This document shows, piece after piece, positions 1 to 9,517 of a DNA stretch of 35,850 nucleotides. Under the pieces are notes generated by a model. It did no database searches. It was given only the letters and a program-made list of their open reading frames with translations, and was not told the DNA's origin. Position 1 is the first letter of the stretch. Every line of letters starts with the position of its first letter. The DNA is from Candidatus Nanopelagicales bacterium. GTDB taxonomy: Bacteria; Actinomycetota; Actinomycetes; S36-B12; UBA5976. Made by a program: the position numbers and the translations under genes. Location: contig JBMTAF010000003.1 in NCBI GenBank assembly GCA_049428425.1, positions 1 through 35,850 on the forward strand, read 5' to 3'.

Positions 1-1
1 T

Positions 2-1618
2 GCTGAGTTTGAGCAGTATTTAGAGGCAACTAAGAAAGCCACTGAGATCGAGCGGTTATCAACAGATCGAGCAAAGACTGGATTGTTCCTTAATCGATAT
101 GCGATAAATCCAGTTAATGGTGAGCGGCTACCGATTTATGTTTCAGATTATGTCTTGGCAGATTATGGCACCGGCGCGATCATGGCAGTTCCAGCACATG
201 ACCAACGCGATTTGGATTTTGCTAAAGCATTTAACCTGCCAGTGGTAACTGTGGTTGACACGGGTGAGGAAGATCCGGCGAAGACTTTTATTGCCACTAC
301 TGGCGATGGTAAGTTAATTAATTCTGGTTTGCTAGATGGCTTAACCAAAGATGCCGCAATTGCCAAAATCACTGAGTTTTTGGCCGAGAAGAATTTAGGT
401 AAGCGGGCGGTTAATTACCGACTTCGTGATTGGCTCATCTCTCGACAGCGATATTGGGGCACGCCAATTCCAATTATTCATTGTGAAGCTTGCGGTGAAG
501 TTCCAGTGTCAAGCAGTGAATTACCGGTGGTGCTGCCGGATCCAGAAGGCTTAGATTTAACGCCAAAAGGCGCAAGTCCGCTTGGTGCCGCAACTAATTG
601 GGTGAATACCACCTGTCCAACTTGCGGTAAGGCGGCAAAGCGCGATCCAGACACCATGGATACCTTTGTTGATTCTTCCTGGTATTTCTTGCGCTACCTA
701 ACGCCTAATCTTGATTCGGCACCATTTGATCAAAAGTTGGCCGAGGAGTGGATGCCAGTAGGGCAATATGTTGGTGGCGTCACACATGCGATTTTGCATC
801 TACTTTATTCGCGCTTCTTTACCAAAGTAATGTTTGATTTAGGTATGGTAAAAGTAACCGAACCATTTACCCGATTACTCAACCAAGGCATGGTGTTGAT
901 GGATGGTGCCGCGATGAGCAAATCTCGCGGCAACTTAGTGCGACTGGCAGAAGAACTAGATGAACATGGCGTAGATGCAATCAGAATGTCGATGGTATTC
1001 GCCGGGCCGCCAGAAGACGACATCGACTGGGCAGATGTTTCGCCACATGGCTCAAAGAAGTTCTTGGCTCGTGCTTGGCGCTTTAGTAAAGATGTGACTT
1101 CACCAGTTGGAGTTGATCCAAGAACTGGAGACCAAGAACTTCGCAAGCTAACTCATAAATTAATTCATGAAGCGCAGCAGGCGGTTGAGACTTATCGATT
1201 TAATGTGGCAGTTGCTAAAGCCATGGAATTGGTAAATGCTGGTCGAAAAGCAATTGATAGTGGCGCAGGACCTAATGATGCAGCAGTTCGAGAATGTGCT
1301 GAAGCAACTGCTGTATTGATCTCACTGTTTGCACCATATACCGCTGAGGAGATGTGGGAGAACTTGGGGCATCAGCCAAGTGTTGCGTTGGCTGGTTGGC
1401 TTGAAGTTGATCCAGTGCTTTTAGTTGCAGAATCGATTGTTTGTGTGCTGCAGATCAATGGCAAAGTCAAGTCGCGAGTTGAGGTCCCACTAGACATTAC
1501 CGATGTCGAACTGGAAAAGCTTGCGTTGTCGGACTTTACGATTAATTCTGCTTTGGCTGGAGCTGAGGTTAAGAAAGTTATTGTTCGAGCACCAAAACTA
1601 GTTAATATTGTAATTTAA
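2..1618 (+). CDS. leuS: Leucine--tRNA ligase, 5'-truncated by the window edge
   Basis: The frame stays open upstream of the 83 ORF call ([29 protein letters not shown]). Motifs: [15 protein letters not shown] editing motif, [35 protein letters not shown]-type AMSKS, and C-terminal QINGK...KLVNIV. Confidence 0.98.
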   Translation, partial: AEFEQYLEATKKATEIERLSTDRAKTGLFLNRYAINPVNGERLPIYVSDYVLADYGTGAIMAVPAHDQRDLDFAKAFNLPVVTVVDTGEEDPAKTFIATTGDGKLINSGLLDGLTKDAAIAKITEFLAEKNLGKRAVNYRLRDWLISRQRYWGTPIPIIHCEACGEVPVSSSELPVVLPDPEGLDLTPKGASPLGAATNWVNTTCPTCGKAAKRDPDTMDTFVDSSWYFLRYLTPNLDSAPFDQKLAEEWMPVGQYVGGVTHAILHLLYSRFFTKVMFDLGMVKVTEPFTRLLNQGMVLMDGAAMSKSRGNLVRLAEELDEHGVDAIRMSMVFAGPPEDDIDWADVSPHGSKKFLARAWRFSKDVTSPVGVDPRTGDQELRKLTHKLIHEAQQAVETYRFNVAVAKAMELVNAGRKAIDSGAGPNDAAVRECAEATAVLISLFAPYTAEEMWENLGHQPSVALAGWLEVDPVLLVAESIVCVLQINGKVKSRVEVPLDITDVELEKLALSDFTINSALAGAEVKKVIVRAPKLVNIVI

Positions 1619-1631
1619 CCCCAGCGTTAAT

Positions 1632-1640
1632 TTATCCACA
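1632..1640 (+). promoter_or_regulatory. Perfect DnaA-box 9-mer TTATCCACA upstream of comEA
   Basis: Exact match to TTATCCACA, flanked by the inverted repeat CGTTAA (1625-1630)/TTAACG (1646-1651). Single copy; function not shown. Confidence 0.4.
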
Positions 1641-1689
1641 ATTGCTTAACGTCAATTAATCCTTTGTAATTCTCGAATCTAATTCGGGT

Positions 1690-2253
1690 ATGCAAGTGCC
1701 AAATCTGCCAGAGATCGATCCCAAACTCTTGAAATTAACAGCACTCATATCTGGTTGTGCACTTTTAGTTGGTGCCGTTCTTTGGGTTCAGGGCAGACCA
1801 CAACCAATCGATGTGCTGCCCACGGTTACCGAAACTCAAACTGAACCTACTGGCATCTTTGTTCACGTTGTAGGTGAAGTTACAAAACCAGGAGTTTACG
1901 AACTGCGCCAAGGGGATCGGGTAGTGGACGCGATTGAATCTGCGGGGGGAATTACTAAATCTGCGGATCTTACGTCACTGAATTTAGCGCGCGTCTTATT
2001 TGATGGCGAACAAATAGTTGTTAGCGATCGAAGCGCTGTGGCTAGCTTAAGTTCAGGTATTGGCTTAATCAGCATTAATCGCGCTACTGCAGCTGATTTA
2101 GACTCATTACCCGGGATTGGCCCAGTAATCGCTTCTCGTATTGTGAGTTATCGTGAAACCAACGGGCCGTTTACATCGATTAGCTCACTCACCGAAGTAA
2201 GTGGTATTGGCGAAGCTTTAATGTCAAAAATAAAAGATCTTGTCACGCTGTGA
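1690..2253 (+). CDS. comEA: ComEA-family DNA uptake/binding protein (TM anchor, SLBB domain, helix-hairpin-helix)
   Basis: N-terminal hydrophobic anchor, VHVVGEVTKPGVY...RVVDAIESAGG...LNLAR SLBB domain, INRATAADLDSLPGIGP HhH. Overlaps comEC by GTGA. Confidence 0.95.
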   Translation: MQVPNLPEIDPKLLKLTALISGCALLVGAVLWVQGRPQPIDVLPTVTETQTEPTGIFVHVVGEVTKPGVYELRQGDRVVDAIESAGGITKSADLTSLNLARVLFDGEQIVVSDRSAVASLSSGIGLISINRATAADLDSLPGIGPVIASRIVSYRETNGPFTSISSLTEVSGIGEALMSKIKDLVTL

Positions 2254-4394
2254 TTTATCGGTCAAAAATCGGGTTTTTAATCTTTGCAGTTTTGTATTTT
2301 GGCACAATTTTTCTCTCATTTCAGATTCAGCAGACCAGACTTAGCCAGGCAGCAGAGTTTTTAACCGATCGAATGCCAACTGAAATCGTATTTCAGATAA
2401 GGGCAGAACCAACTAACTATCTGGCGAGATTTGCCTCAGACCAAGAGCAAATGCAGTATTCCTTTGCCGCTAAATTAATTAGCGCAAAAATCCAAAATAA
2501 TTGGTACAAAATCACAGTTCCAATCACGCTGAATTTATCAGCAGAAGCATTTCCTTACTTTCGTGGCCAAACCATTAGCGCCCCGGTGAAATCGGTTTTG
2601 GCTATTTCCGGTAAACGCAGTTGCTGTCTGGTTCGCATTACCGAGGAGATTGCTTTAATCAAGCCAGCTAATTTAGCTTTTCGATTTGCTCATAAAGCCA
2701 GAAGCAACTTGCAGCACACGATGCCGGACACATTTAAGTTGGGAGCAGCGCTGGTTCCAGGTCTAGTGTTAGGCGACACAACTGGGCAGCCTGATGAATT
2801 AACTGGTGCCATGCGTGGTTCTGGGCTATCGCACCTCACGGCAGTTAGTGGCGGGAATGTTGCAATTGTTTTGGGATTTTTCCTGGCAGTTTTTTTACTT
2901 TTTGGCTTCAGCACCAGATCGTTAATTATTATCGCGGCCATAGTTCTGGCGAGCTACGTGTTAATTGTTGGCTTTGATGCCAGCGTGCTTAGAGCATCGA
3001 TTATGGGCAGCATAACTTTGTTGGCTGTGCTCACCCAGCGCGCGATTTCAACCGCATGGATTTTGGTGTTAGCAGTTTATTTACTAACTGTATTTAATCC
3101 TTGGCTGTGGCTGAATTGGGGCTTTTTACTCAGCGTTACTGCAACTGCAGCCTTGGTTTGGTTTTCACCAAAGATAATTCAACTGATCTCCTGGTCTAAA
3201 CCGTATGACATCATGGCAGCATTGCTAGCTGCCACATTTGCTGCATCTTGGGCAACCGCACCAGTATTGGCAGTGTTAACCGGGGAGATCTCAACGGTGA
3301 CCTTGCTGGCCAATTTCTTGGCCGCACCATTAGTTGCCATCACTACGATTTTGGGTTTAGTTACCGTACTAGTCGCATTAGTTAGTCCACTGCTGGCGAT
3401 GCCAAGCGGATTTATTGCGGCAATGCCAGCAGAAATGATTGGGATTATTGCGCTGCGCACTGCAAGTTTTCCTGGCGCCCAACTAGAAATTGATCGTGGT
3501 CTCAATTTGCTGTTATTTGTTGCGCTGGTTATGGGTCTTGGTTTAAGCATACTGTTGTTGAAAAATAGAAAAGCGATACTGGTTTCAACGCTGAGTTTAA
3601 TTTTGTTTTATCCACTACTGCTTGGGACTACCAGAAAATTTGATGGTTGGCCGCCAGCAAACTACTTTCTAATTGCCTGCGATGTTGGACAAGGCACTGC
3701 GGTTGTTCTACCCATCTCTAGTTCCAGCGCTGTTCTAATTGACACTGGTCCTGATGGCAAAGAGGTGGGGCGATGCCTAGCTGAAGCAGGTATCGACGAG
3801 GTCCCGCTGCTTTTCATCTCGCACTTTCATGCAGATCACGCAGGTGGGGCGATTAGTATCTTGAACACAAAACAGGTTTCCCGGATTCTGACTTCACCTA
3901 ATCTCAATCCACTTGCGACCTCGGTGGCAATCAATAATCGAGCTAACCAGCTAAATATCCCGATGAATAAAATTGAAGCGGGTGCCAGCATTGGCGTTGG
4001 TGAGTATCAAATAGAAGTGTTAAGTCCTAGTCCAAATCAGACCAGTAACGAGAATGACGCCAGCCTAATTCTGCGGGTAACATCAGGCAGGCAAAGTTTT
4101 TTGTTTACTGGAGATATCGAGCCATTAGGTCAGCAGCGTTTGATGAAACAAGGCTCGCCCAAAGTAGACCTTGCCCTAGTCCCACATCATGGTTCAAAGT
4201 TTCAAGATCCCAAATTTGCATCCTGGACTGGAGCGGAGTTGGGGATTGTTAGCGTTGGCGAGAATCGCTTCGGCCATCCCTCGCTTGAGACGATTACAAA
4301 TTGGCAGCAAAGCGCAAAATTGGCTCGGACTGATGAAGCAGGAGATCTAGCGGTCGTCCGCAACGAATCTGACTGGCAGGTGTTTGGCCGATAG
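2250..4394 (+). CDS. comEC: ComEC/Rec2 DNA internalisation channel with C-terminal metallo-beta-lactamase domain
   Basis: GLSHLTAVSGGNV competence motif, SVLRA, many TM segments, then DVGQG, SHFHADH, NDAS, TGD and HHGS MBL motifs. Confidence 0.95.
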   Translation: MIYRSKIGFLIFAVLYFGTIFLSFQIQQTRLSQAAEFLTDRMPTEIVFQIRAEPTNYLARFASDQEQMQYSFAAKLISAKIQNNWYKITVPITLNLSAEAFPYFRGQTISAPVKSVLAISGKRSCCLVRITEEIALIKPANLAFRFAHKARSNLQHTMPDTFKLGAALVPGLVLGDTTGQPDELTGAMRGSGLSHLTAVSGGNVAIVLGFFLAVFLLFGFSTRSLIIIAAIVLASYVLIVGFDASVLRASIMGSITLLAVLTQRAISTAWILVLAVYLLTVFNPWLWLNWGFLLSVTATAALVWFSPKIIQLISWSKPYDIMAALLAATFAASWATAPVLAVLTGEISTVTLLANFLAAPLVAITTILGLVTVLVALVSPLLAMPSGFIAAMPAEMIGIIALRTASFPGAQLEIDRGLNLLLFVALVMGLGLSILLLKNRKAILVSTLSLILFYPLLLGTTRKFDGWPPANYFLIACDVGQGTAVVLPISSSSAVLIDTGPDGKEVGRCLAEAGIDEVPLLFISHFHADHAGGAISILNTKQVSRILTSPNLNPLATSVAINNRANQLNIPMNKIEAGASIGVGEYQIEVLSPSPNQTSNENDASLILRVTSGRQSFLFTGDIEPLGQQRLMKQGSPKVDLALVPHHGSKFQDPKFASWTGAELGIVSVGENRFGHPSLETITNWQQSAKLARTDEAGDLAVVRNESDWQVFGR

Positions 4395-4414
4395 TTTCAT
4401 GGCATGCTGTGCCG

Positions 4415-5395
4415 GTGGAAACCTCAAATCGCGTCTTGATTACCGGAACTGAGCAGTTTTTAGCCGAGCGCGCAATCGCAACCGTTAGAGCCGAGTTGGC
4501 AAAGCAGGGTGATTTTGATTTTGTAGTACTAGAAATTACCGAAGATCTCCGCCCTGGTGATATTTTTGCGTCCACCTCCGCGACATTGCTTGGTGGAAAT
4601 AGATTAGTTGTGTTAGTTGGATCAGAATTACTACCAGATTCGGCAGTAGCTGAGCTGCAAGAGGTAATTGAAATCGTGGATCCAGAACTGTGGCTGGTAA
4701 TTCGCCACCAAGATGGCCGAAAGAATCGCAAATTATTAGATGCTCTGAAACAAAGCTGCACGGTGATTACTGCCGAAAAAATAATTACAAAAAAAGATGT
4801 GGATTCATTTGTAACTGCAGAGGCTGCGCGATTCAAGCGAAAAATTGCGCCAGCAGCTATTGAAGCGCTTCGCACCTCCCTTGGTGATGACATTCGCCTC
4901 TTAGCTGCTGCGATTGATCAAATAACTGCAGCAACTAATGGAAACATTAGTGCGGAGATGGTCGAGGAGTATTTTGATGGAATCGCGGATATCCGCGGCT
5001 ACCATGTTTCTGATCGACTTTGGTCTGGTGATTTAGCTCAAGCATTAGAGAAGTTCCGCTGGATGGTGCTAAACGATGGCGCAGGTGCAAACATTCAAGT
5101 GGTAGCTGCAATTGCCGCAGATCTTCGATCGATGGTGCGCATCATGGGTGCCGCACCAGGACAGAGTGACGAAGAGATTGCTCGCTCGATCGGCTGGAGC
5201 GAAAAAATGGGATGGAAGGTGCGAGCGCTGCGCTCAGTTGCTCGCGGTTGGAAACCTGCCGCGCTGGCTTATTTTGCTAATCGATTAGCGGAGATAGATG
5301 CGCAGTTAAAAGGCGGCGCTGATGGAATTGGCTTAGATGAAACTGCGAGAACTGCGGTAGTGGAAAAATTCTTAGTGGATATTGCGCGGAAGTAA
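4415..5395 (+). CDS. holA: DNA polymerase III delta subunit
   Basis: Conserved comEA-comEC-holA/rpsT synteny; N-terminal LITGTEQFLAERA and C-terminal D-x-x-LKGG. Start GTG 4415 (in frame with 4409) is preferred because CATGCT at 4403-4408 lies 6 nt upstream. Confidence 0.88.
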   Translation: METSNRVLITGTEQFLAERAIATVRAELAKQGDFDFVVLEITEDLRPGDIFASTSATLLGGNRLVVLVGSELLPDSAVAELQEVIEIVDPELWLVIRHQDGRKNRKLLDALKQSCTVITAEKIITKKDVDSFVTAEAARFKRKIAPAAIEALRTSLGDDIRLLAAAIDQITAATNGNISAEMVEEYFDGIADIRGYHVSDRLWSGDLAQALEKFRWMVLNDGAGANIQVVAAIAADLRSMVRIMGAAPGQSDEEIARSIGWSEKMGWKVRALRSVARGWKPAALAYFANRLAEIDAQLKGGADGIGLDETARTAVVEKFLVDIARK

Positions 5396-5662
5396 TTACT
5401 TCTTGAGCGAAGCTAGTTTTTGCGCAATAGCAGACTTGCGATTAGCTGCTTGATTCTTATGAATCACACCAGCAGATGCTGCTTTGTCTAAGGCTTTAGC
5501 GGCGTCTTTGTAGGCTGCTTCAGCCTTTGCGACATCACCAGTTGCTGCCACTTCACGGAATTTACGAATCTTGGACTTCAGGCCAGAGCGAACTGGCTTG
5601 TTGCGCTCTTCAGCAGCGCGGTTGGTCTTAACTCGCTTGATCTGTGATTTGATGTTTGCCAC
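5396..5662 (-). CDS. rpsT: 30S ribosomal protein S20
   Basis: [10 protein letters not shown]...[20 protein letters not shown] signature. Confidence 0.99.
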   Translation of the reverse strand: MANIKSQIKRVKTNRAAEERNKPVRSGLKSKIRKFREVAATGDVAKAEAAYKDAAKALDKAASAGVIHKNQAANRKSAIAQKLASLKK

Positions 5663-5776
5663 GGGTGTCTCTGCTCGCTCGTTGTTGGTCCCAACGCCCC
5701 TAGGCGCTAGGCGGTTCTAGCTCTCTAGACCGAAGGCGCAGTGTATCTGAAGCCAGTTCGTGCCAATATTCGCCCC

Positions 5777-7621
5777 GTGAATAAACCAAAGCCAGGGGCT
5801 ACCAGCCAGGCGGTGCTGCGCAATTTCAGCATCATCGCCCACATTGACCATGGCAAGTCCACCTTGGCCGATCGCATGCTGCAGCTAACCGGAGTGGTGG
5901 AAGCGCGGCAGATGCGAGAGCAATATCTAGATCGGATGGATATTGAGCGCGAGCGGGGCATCACCATCAAATCCCAAGCGGTGCGGTTACCTTGGGTAGG
6001 TCGAGATGGCACGGACTATGTGTTGAACATGATTGATACGCCAGGACATGTTGATTTCACTTACGAAGTTTCGCGATCACTGGCCGCATGCGAAGGTGCG
6101 ATTTTATTGGTTGATGCAGCACAAGGAATTGAAGCGCAGACGCTGGCGAATTTATACCTGGCTTTAGCGAATGATATGCAGATTATTCCGGTGCTAAACA
6201 AAATTGATCTACCAAGTGCGCAACCGGAAAAATACGCGCAAGAGTTAGCAAAAATTATTGGCTGTGATCCAAGTGATGTATTGCGAGTCAGTGCAAAAAC
6301 TGGCGAGGGCGTAACTGATTTATTGCATGCAATTGTGGAACAAGTCCCGGCACCAAAAGGTGATCCAGCCGCGCCAGCCAGAGCGTTGATCTTCGATTCG
6401 GTTTATGACGTTTATCGTGGTGTAGTTACTTATGTTCGAGTCGTTGATGGTGCCATCAAATCGCGTGAGCGAATTTTGATGATGTCAACAAATGAAACTC
6501 ATGAGTTGCTGGAAGTCGGTGTGATCTCGCCAGAACCAACGGCAGCTGATGGTTTAGTGGCTGGTGAAGTTGGTTACTTAATTACTGGCGTTAAGGATGT
6601 TCGGCAATCAAAAGTTGGTGACACGGTCACCCTCTCCGCAAAGCCAGCTAAGCAACCACTTGGTGGTTATCAAGAGCCCAAGCCCATGGTTTTCTCTGGG
6701 CTTTATCCAATGGACGGCTCGGACTATCCAGCGCTTCGTGATGCGTTAGACAAATTGAAACTAAATGATGCCGCGCTGGCCTATGAACCAGAGACTTCCG
6801 CGGCACTTGGGTTTGGCTTTCGCTGCGGCTTTCTTGGTTTGCTTCACTTAGAGATTGTTCGGGAGCGGTTGTCCCGCGAGTTTAATTTAGATCTAATCTC
6901 AACTGCACCAAACGTAATTTATCGAGTTCAGATGGATGATGGCTCCGAACTTATCGTGACTAATCCCAGTGAATATCCAAGCGGGAAAGTTGCGATGGTG
7001 TTTGAGCCAATGGTTCGAGCCACCATTATTTCGCCGTCTGAATTTATTGGTGCCATTATGGAGTTATGCCAATCCAGACGAGGAAATTTGCTGGGGATGG
7101 ATTATTTGTCTGAAGAACGCGTTGAGATGCGTTATGAATTGCCGCTGGCAGAAATTGCCTTTGATTTCTTTGATTCGCTCAAATCTCGCACTCGGGGTTA
7201 TGCGTCACTTGATTATGAATTCACCACGGAGAAATCTGCTGATTTAGTGAAAGTAGATATCTTGCTTCATGGCGATGCGGTAGATGCTTTCTCGGCAATC
7301 GTGCATAAAGACAAGGCGTATAACTATGGCGTCCAGATTGCCTCAAAACTGCGTGAGTTAATTCCGCGGCAGCAATTCGAGGTGCCAATTCAAGCGGCAA
7401 TTGGTTCTCGGATCATTGCTCGAGAGACTATTCGGGCAATTCGAAAAGATGTGTTGGCAAAATGCTACGGCGGTGACATCACCCGAAAGCGAAAACTGCT
7501 GGAGAAGCAGAAAGAGGGTAAGAAGCGCATGAAGATGGTGGGGAAGGTGGAAGTGCCACAGGAGGCCTTCATTGCCGCCTTAGCCACGAATAATGGTGAG
7601 GAAAAAGCCACAAAAAACTGA
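5777..7621 (+). CDS. lepA: Translation elongation factor 4 (LepA)
   Basis: [41 protein letters not shown]-terminal [25 protein letters not shown]. Start GTG 5777 is preferred over 5741 because a -10-like CAATAT lies at 5764-5769. Confidence 0.99.
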   Translation: MNKPKPGATSQAVLRNFSIIAHIDHGKSTLADRMLQLTGVVEARQMREQYLDRMDIERERGITIKSQAVRLPWVGRDGTDYVLNMIDTPGHVDFTYEVSRSLAACEGAILLVDAAQGIEAQTLANLYLALANDMQIIPVLNKIDLPSAQPEKYAQELAKIIGCDPSDVLRVSAKTGEGVTDLLHAIVEQVPAPKGDPAAPARALIFDSVYDVYRGVVTYVRVVDGAIKSRERILMMSTNETHELLEVGVISPEPTAADGLVAGEVGYLITGVKDVRQSKVGDTVTLSAKPAKQPLGGYQEPKPMVFSGLYPMDGSDYPALRDALDKLKLNDAALAYEPETSAALGFGFRCGFLGLLHLEIVRERLSREFNLDLISTAPNVIYRVQMDDGSELIVTNPSEYPSGKVAMVFEPMVRATIISPSEFIGAIMELCQSRRGNLLGMDYLSEERVEMRYELPLAEIAFDFFDSLKSRTRGYASLDYEFTTEKSADLVKVDILLHGDAVDAFSAIVHKDKAYNYGVQIASKLRELIPRQQFEVPIQAAIGSRIIARETIRAIRKDVLAKCYGGDITRKRKLLEKQKEGKKRMKMVGKVEVPQEAFIAALATNNGEEKATKN

Positions 7622-7636
7622 TTCACCCACTTTCCC

Positions 7637-7682
7637 TACTGCCCAGTTACCCCTACTCTCGCCCCAACTGTTATCCAGGAGG
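7637..7682 (+). promoter_or_regulatory. Promoter/RBS region of the acyl-CoA synthetase: pseudo-palindrome TACTGCCCAGTT, -10-like TACTCT, SD AGGAGG
   Basis: TACT-gccc-AGTT at 7637-7648, TACTCT at 7654-7659, AGGAGG at 7677-7682, ATG at 7688. Confidence 0.55.
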
Positions 7683-7687
7683 CCGAG

Positions 7688-9517
7688 ATGACCATCACCG
7701 GAGATCTGAACGTAAAGATTCCAACCCCGCAGCTTTCAGTTGCGCATATGTTTGTGAATCGAGTTAAAACCAGTCCTGACACGGTTGCATTCTGGCAACC
7801 CACAGATCCAGGCTGGAAGAAATACACCTGGCGCGACTTAGATCAACAGGTACGTGCCTATGCGGCCGGGCTTATTTCACTTGGTGTGATTGATAACGAT
7901 CGAGTCGCAATTGCATCAAATACTCGCTACGAGTGGATGGCGGCTGACTTCGCCATTCTGCTAGCCGGAGCGGCAACTACAACCGTTTATCCAACAACGG
8001 GAATTGAAGATGCGGCATACATCATTGCCGATTCAGGTTCGATTGTTATCTTTGCTGAAAATCAAGAACAGGTTGACAAGTATTTGGCAATTAAGGCTAG
8101 AACTCCTCGGGTCAAAAACATTGTGGTGTTTGACGGTCAAGGTGATGGCGACTTTGTGATTAGTTTGGCTGAGCTTGGTGCTCGCGGAAAGCGACTATTG
8201 GAGTCAAATCCAACTGTGGTTAATGATCACATTGCTCGGATCAACGGTGATACGTTGGCTACATTGATTTATACCTCAGGCACCACTGGTAAGCCAAAAG
8301 GTGTGGAGTTGATGCATAAAGGATTTACGTACCAAGCAGCATCAATTGAATCACTTGGGATTTTGACTGACCAAGATGTGCAGTTGCTGTGGCTGCCATT
8401 AGCTCACTCGTTTGGCAAAGTGCTTTCCGTGCTGCATTTGCAAATTGGCTTCCAAACTGCAATTGATGGTCGAGTGCCAAAAATTGTGGAGAACCTAGGT
8501 GATGTAAAGCCAACCTTCATGGCCGCAGTACCTAGAATCTTTGAAAAAGTTCATGCCAAAGTCACCGCTGATGTGGCACATGAAGGTGGCGCGAAAGCGA
8601 AAATTTTCAACTGGGCGTTCAAAGTTGGAACTAAGGCTGCGTTATCTGGTGATTTAGACAACGGAAAGAAATCACCGGCATACAAGATTGCCGAAAAATT
8701 AGTTTTCCATAAATTGCACGCACGATTTGGTGGTCGCATTCGTTATTTCATCTCTGGCGCAGCGGCGTTATCAACTGAGATCAACACTTGGTTTGCCGCA
8801 GCAGATCTAAAGATTTTGGAAGGTTGGGGGCTAACTGAATCTGGTCCGGCAACTGCAATGTCTCGACCATGGGAAACGGCGATTGGCTATGTGGGAGAGC
8901 CGTTCCCTGGCACGCAAGTAAAGGTTGCTGCTGATGGTGAGCTGTTGATTAAGAGCCCAGCCTTAATGCGCGGTTATCACAATTTGCCAGAAGAGAATGC
9001 CAAAGCATTTGATGCGGATGGCTGGTTGTATACCGGAGATATTGGTGAAATTGATGCCAAAGGACGAATCAAGATTACTGATCGCAAGCGAGATGTGGTT
9101 AAGACAAGTTCTGGCAAGTTCGTAGCACCAACGACTATTGAGGTGAAGTTCAAGGCAGTAACGCAGATCGCCTCACATATCTTGGTGGTTGCTGCTAATC
9201 GCAATTTTGTATCCGCCCTGATTGCACTTGACCCAGAAGGGTTGGCGGCATTTGCGGAGCGAAACAAGCTATCTGGCAGTTATGACCAGTTGCGAAATGA
9301 TCCGGCAGTGCTGGCACAACTTCAGGCTGAAATTGATCAGCTAAATGCCGGCCTTAATGGCTGGGAGCAGGTTAAGCAGTTCCGGGTGCTACCAAAGGAT
9401 CTCTCAATCGAAGCTGACGAGCTAACCCCAAGCTTGAAGGTTCGCCGCTCTAGGGTGATGCAGAAGTACCAAGACTTAGTCGATGGTATTTACTCTGAGA
9501 GTGCCAAAACAGCCTGA
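7688..9517 (+). CDS. Long-chain fatty acid--CoA ligase (AMP-dependent synthetase, FadD15/FAA1-like)
   Basis: YTSGTTGKPKG P-loop, LPLAH, AVPRIFEK, EGWGLTE, GWLYTGDIG, ITDRKRD and ELTPSLKVRR motifs; strong SD. Confidence 0.93.
   Translation: MTITGDLNVKIPTPQLSVAHMFVNRVKTSPDTVAFWQPTDPGWKKYTWRDLDQQVRAYAAGLISLGVIDNDRVAIASNTRYEWMAADFAILLAGAATTTVYPTTGIEDAAYIIADSGSIVIFAENQEQVDKYLAIKARTPRVKNIVVFDGQGDGDFVISLAELGARGKRLLESNPTVVNDHIARINGDTLATLIYTSGTTGKPKGVELMHKGFTYQAASIESLGILTDQDVQLLWLPLAHSFGKVLSVLHLQIGFQTAIDGRVPKIVENLGDVKPTFMAAVPRIFEKVHAKVTADVAHEGGAKAKIFNWAFKVGTKAALSGDLDNGKKSPAYKIAEKLVFHKLHARFGGRIRYFISGAAALSTEINTWFAAADLKILEGWGLTESGPATAMSRPWETAIGYVGEPFPGTQVKVAADGELLIKSPALMRGYHNLPEENAKAFDADGWLYTGDIGEIDAKGRIKITDRKRDVVKTSSGKFVAPTTIEVKFKAVTQIASHILVVAANRNFVSALIALDPEGLAAFAERNKLSGSYDQLRNDPAVLAQLQAEIDQLNAGLNGWEQVKQFRVLPKDLSIEADELTPSLKVRRSRVMQKYQDLVDGIYSESAKTA

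Noticed and set aside
1619-1689. Replication origin at the AT-rich spacer with a DnaA box
   Set aside because: Only one box in 71 nt and no dnaA/dnaN nearby; actinobacterial oriC has many boxes.
4294-4893. 199-aa minus-strand ORF over holA/comEC, and the many other 60-125 aa nested ORFs
   Set aside because: They lie over well-supported genes, mostly antisense or in alternate frames, with no recognisable domains.
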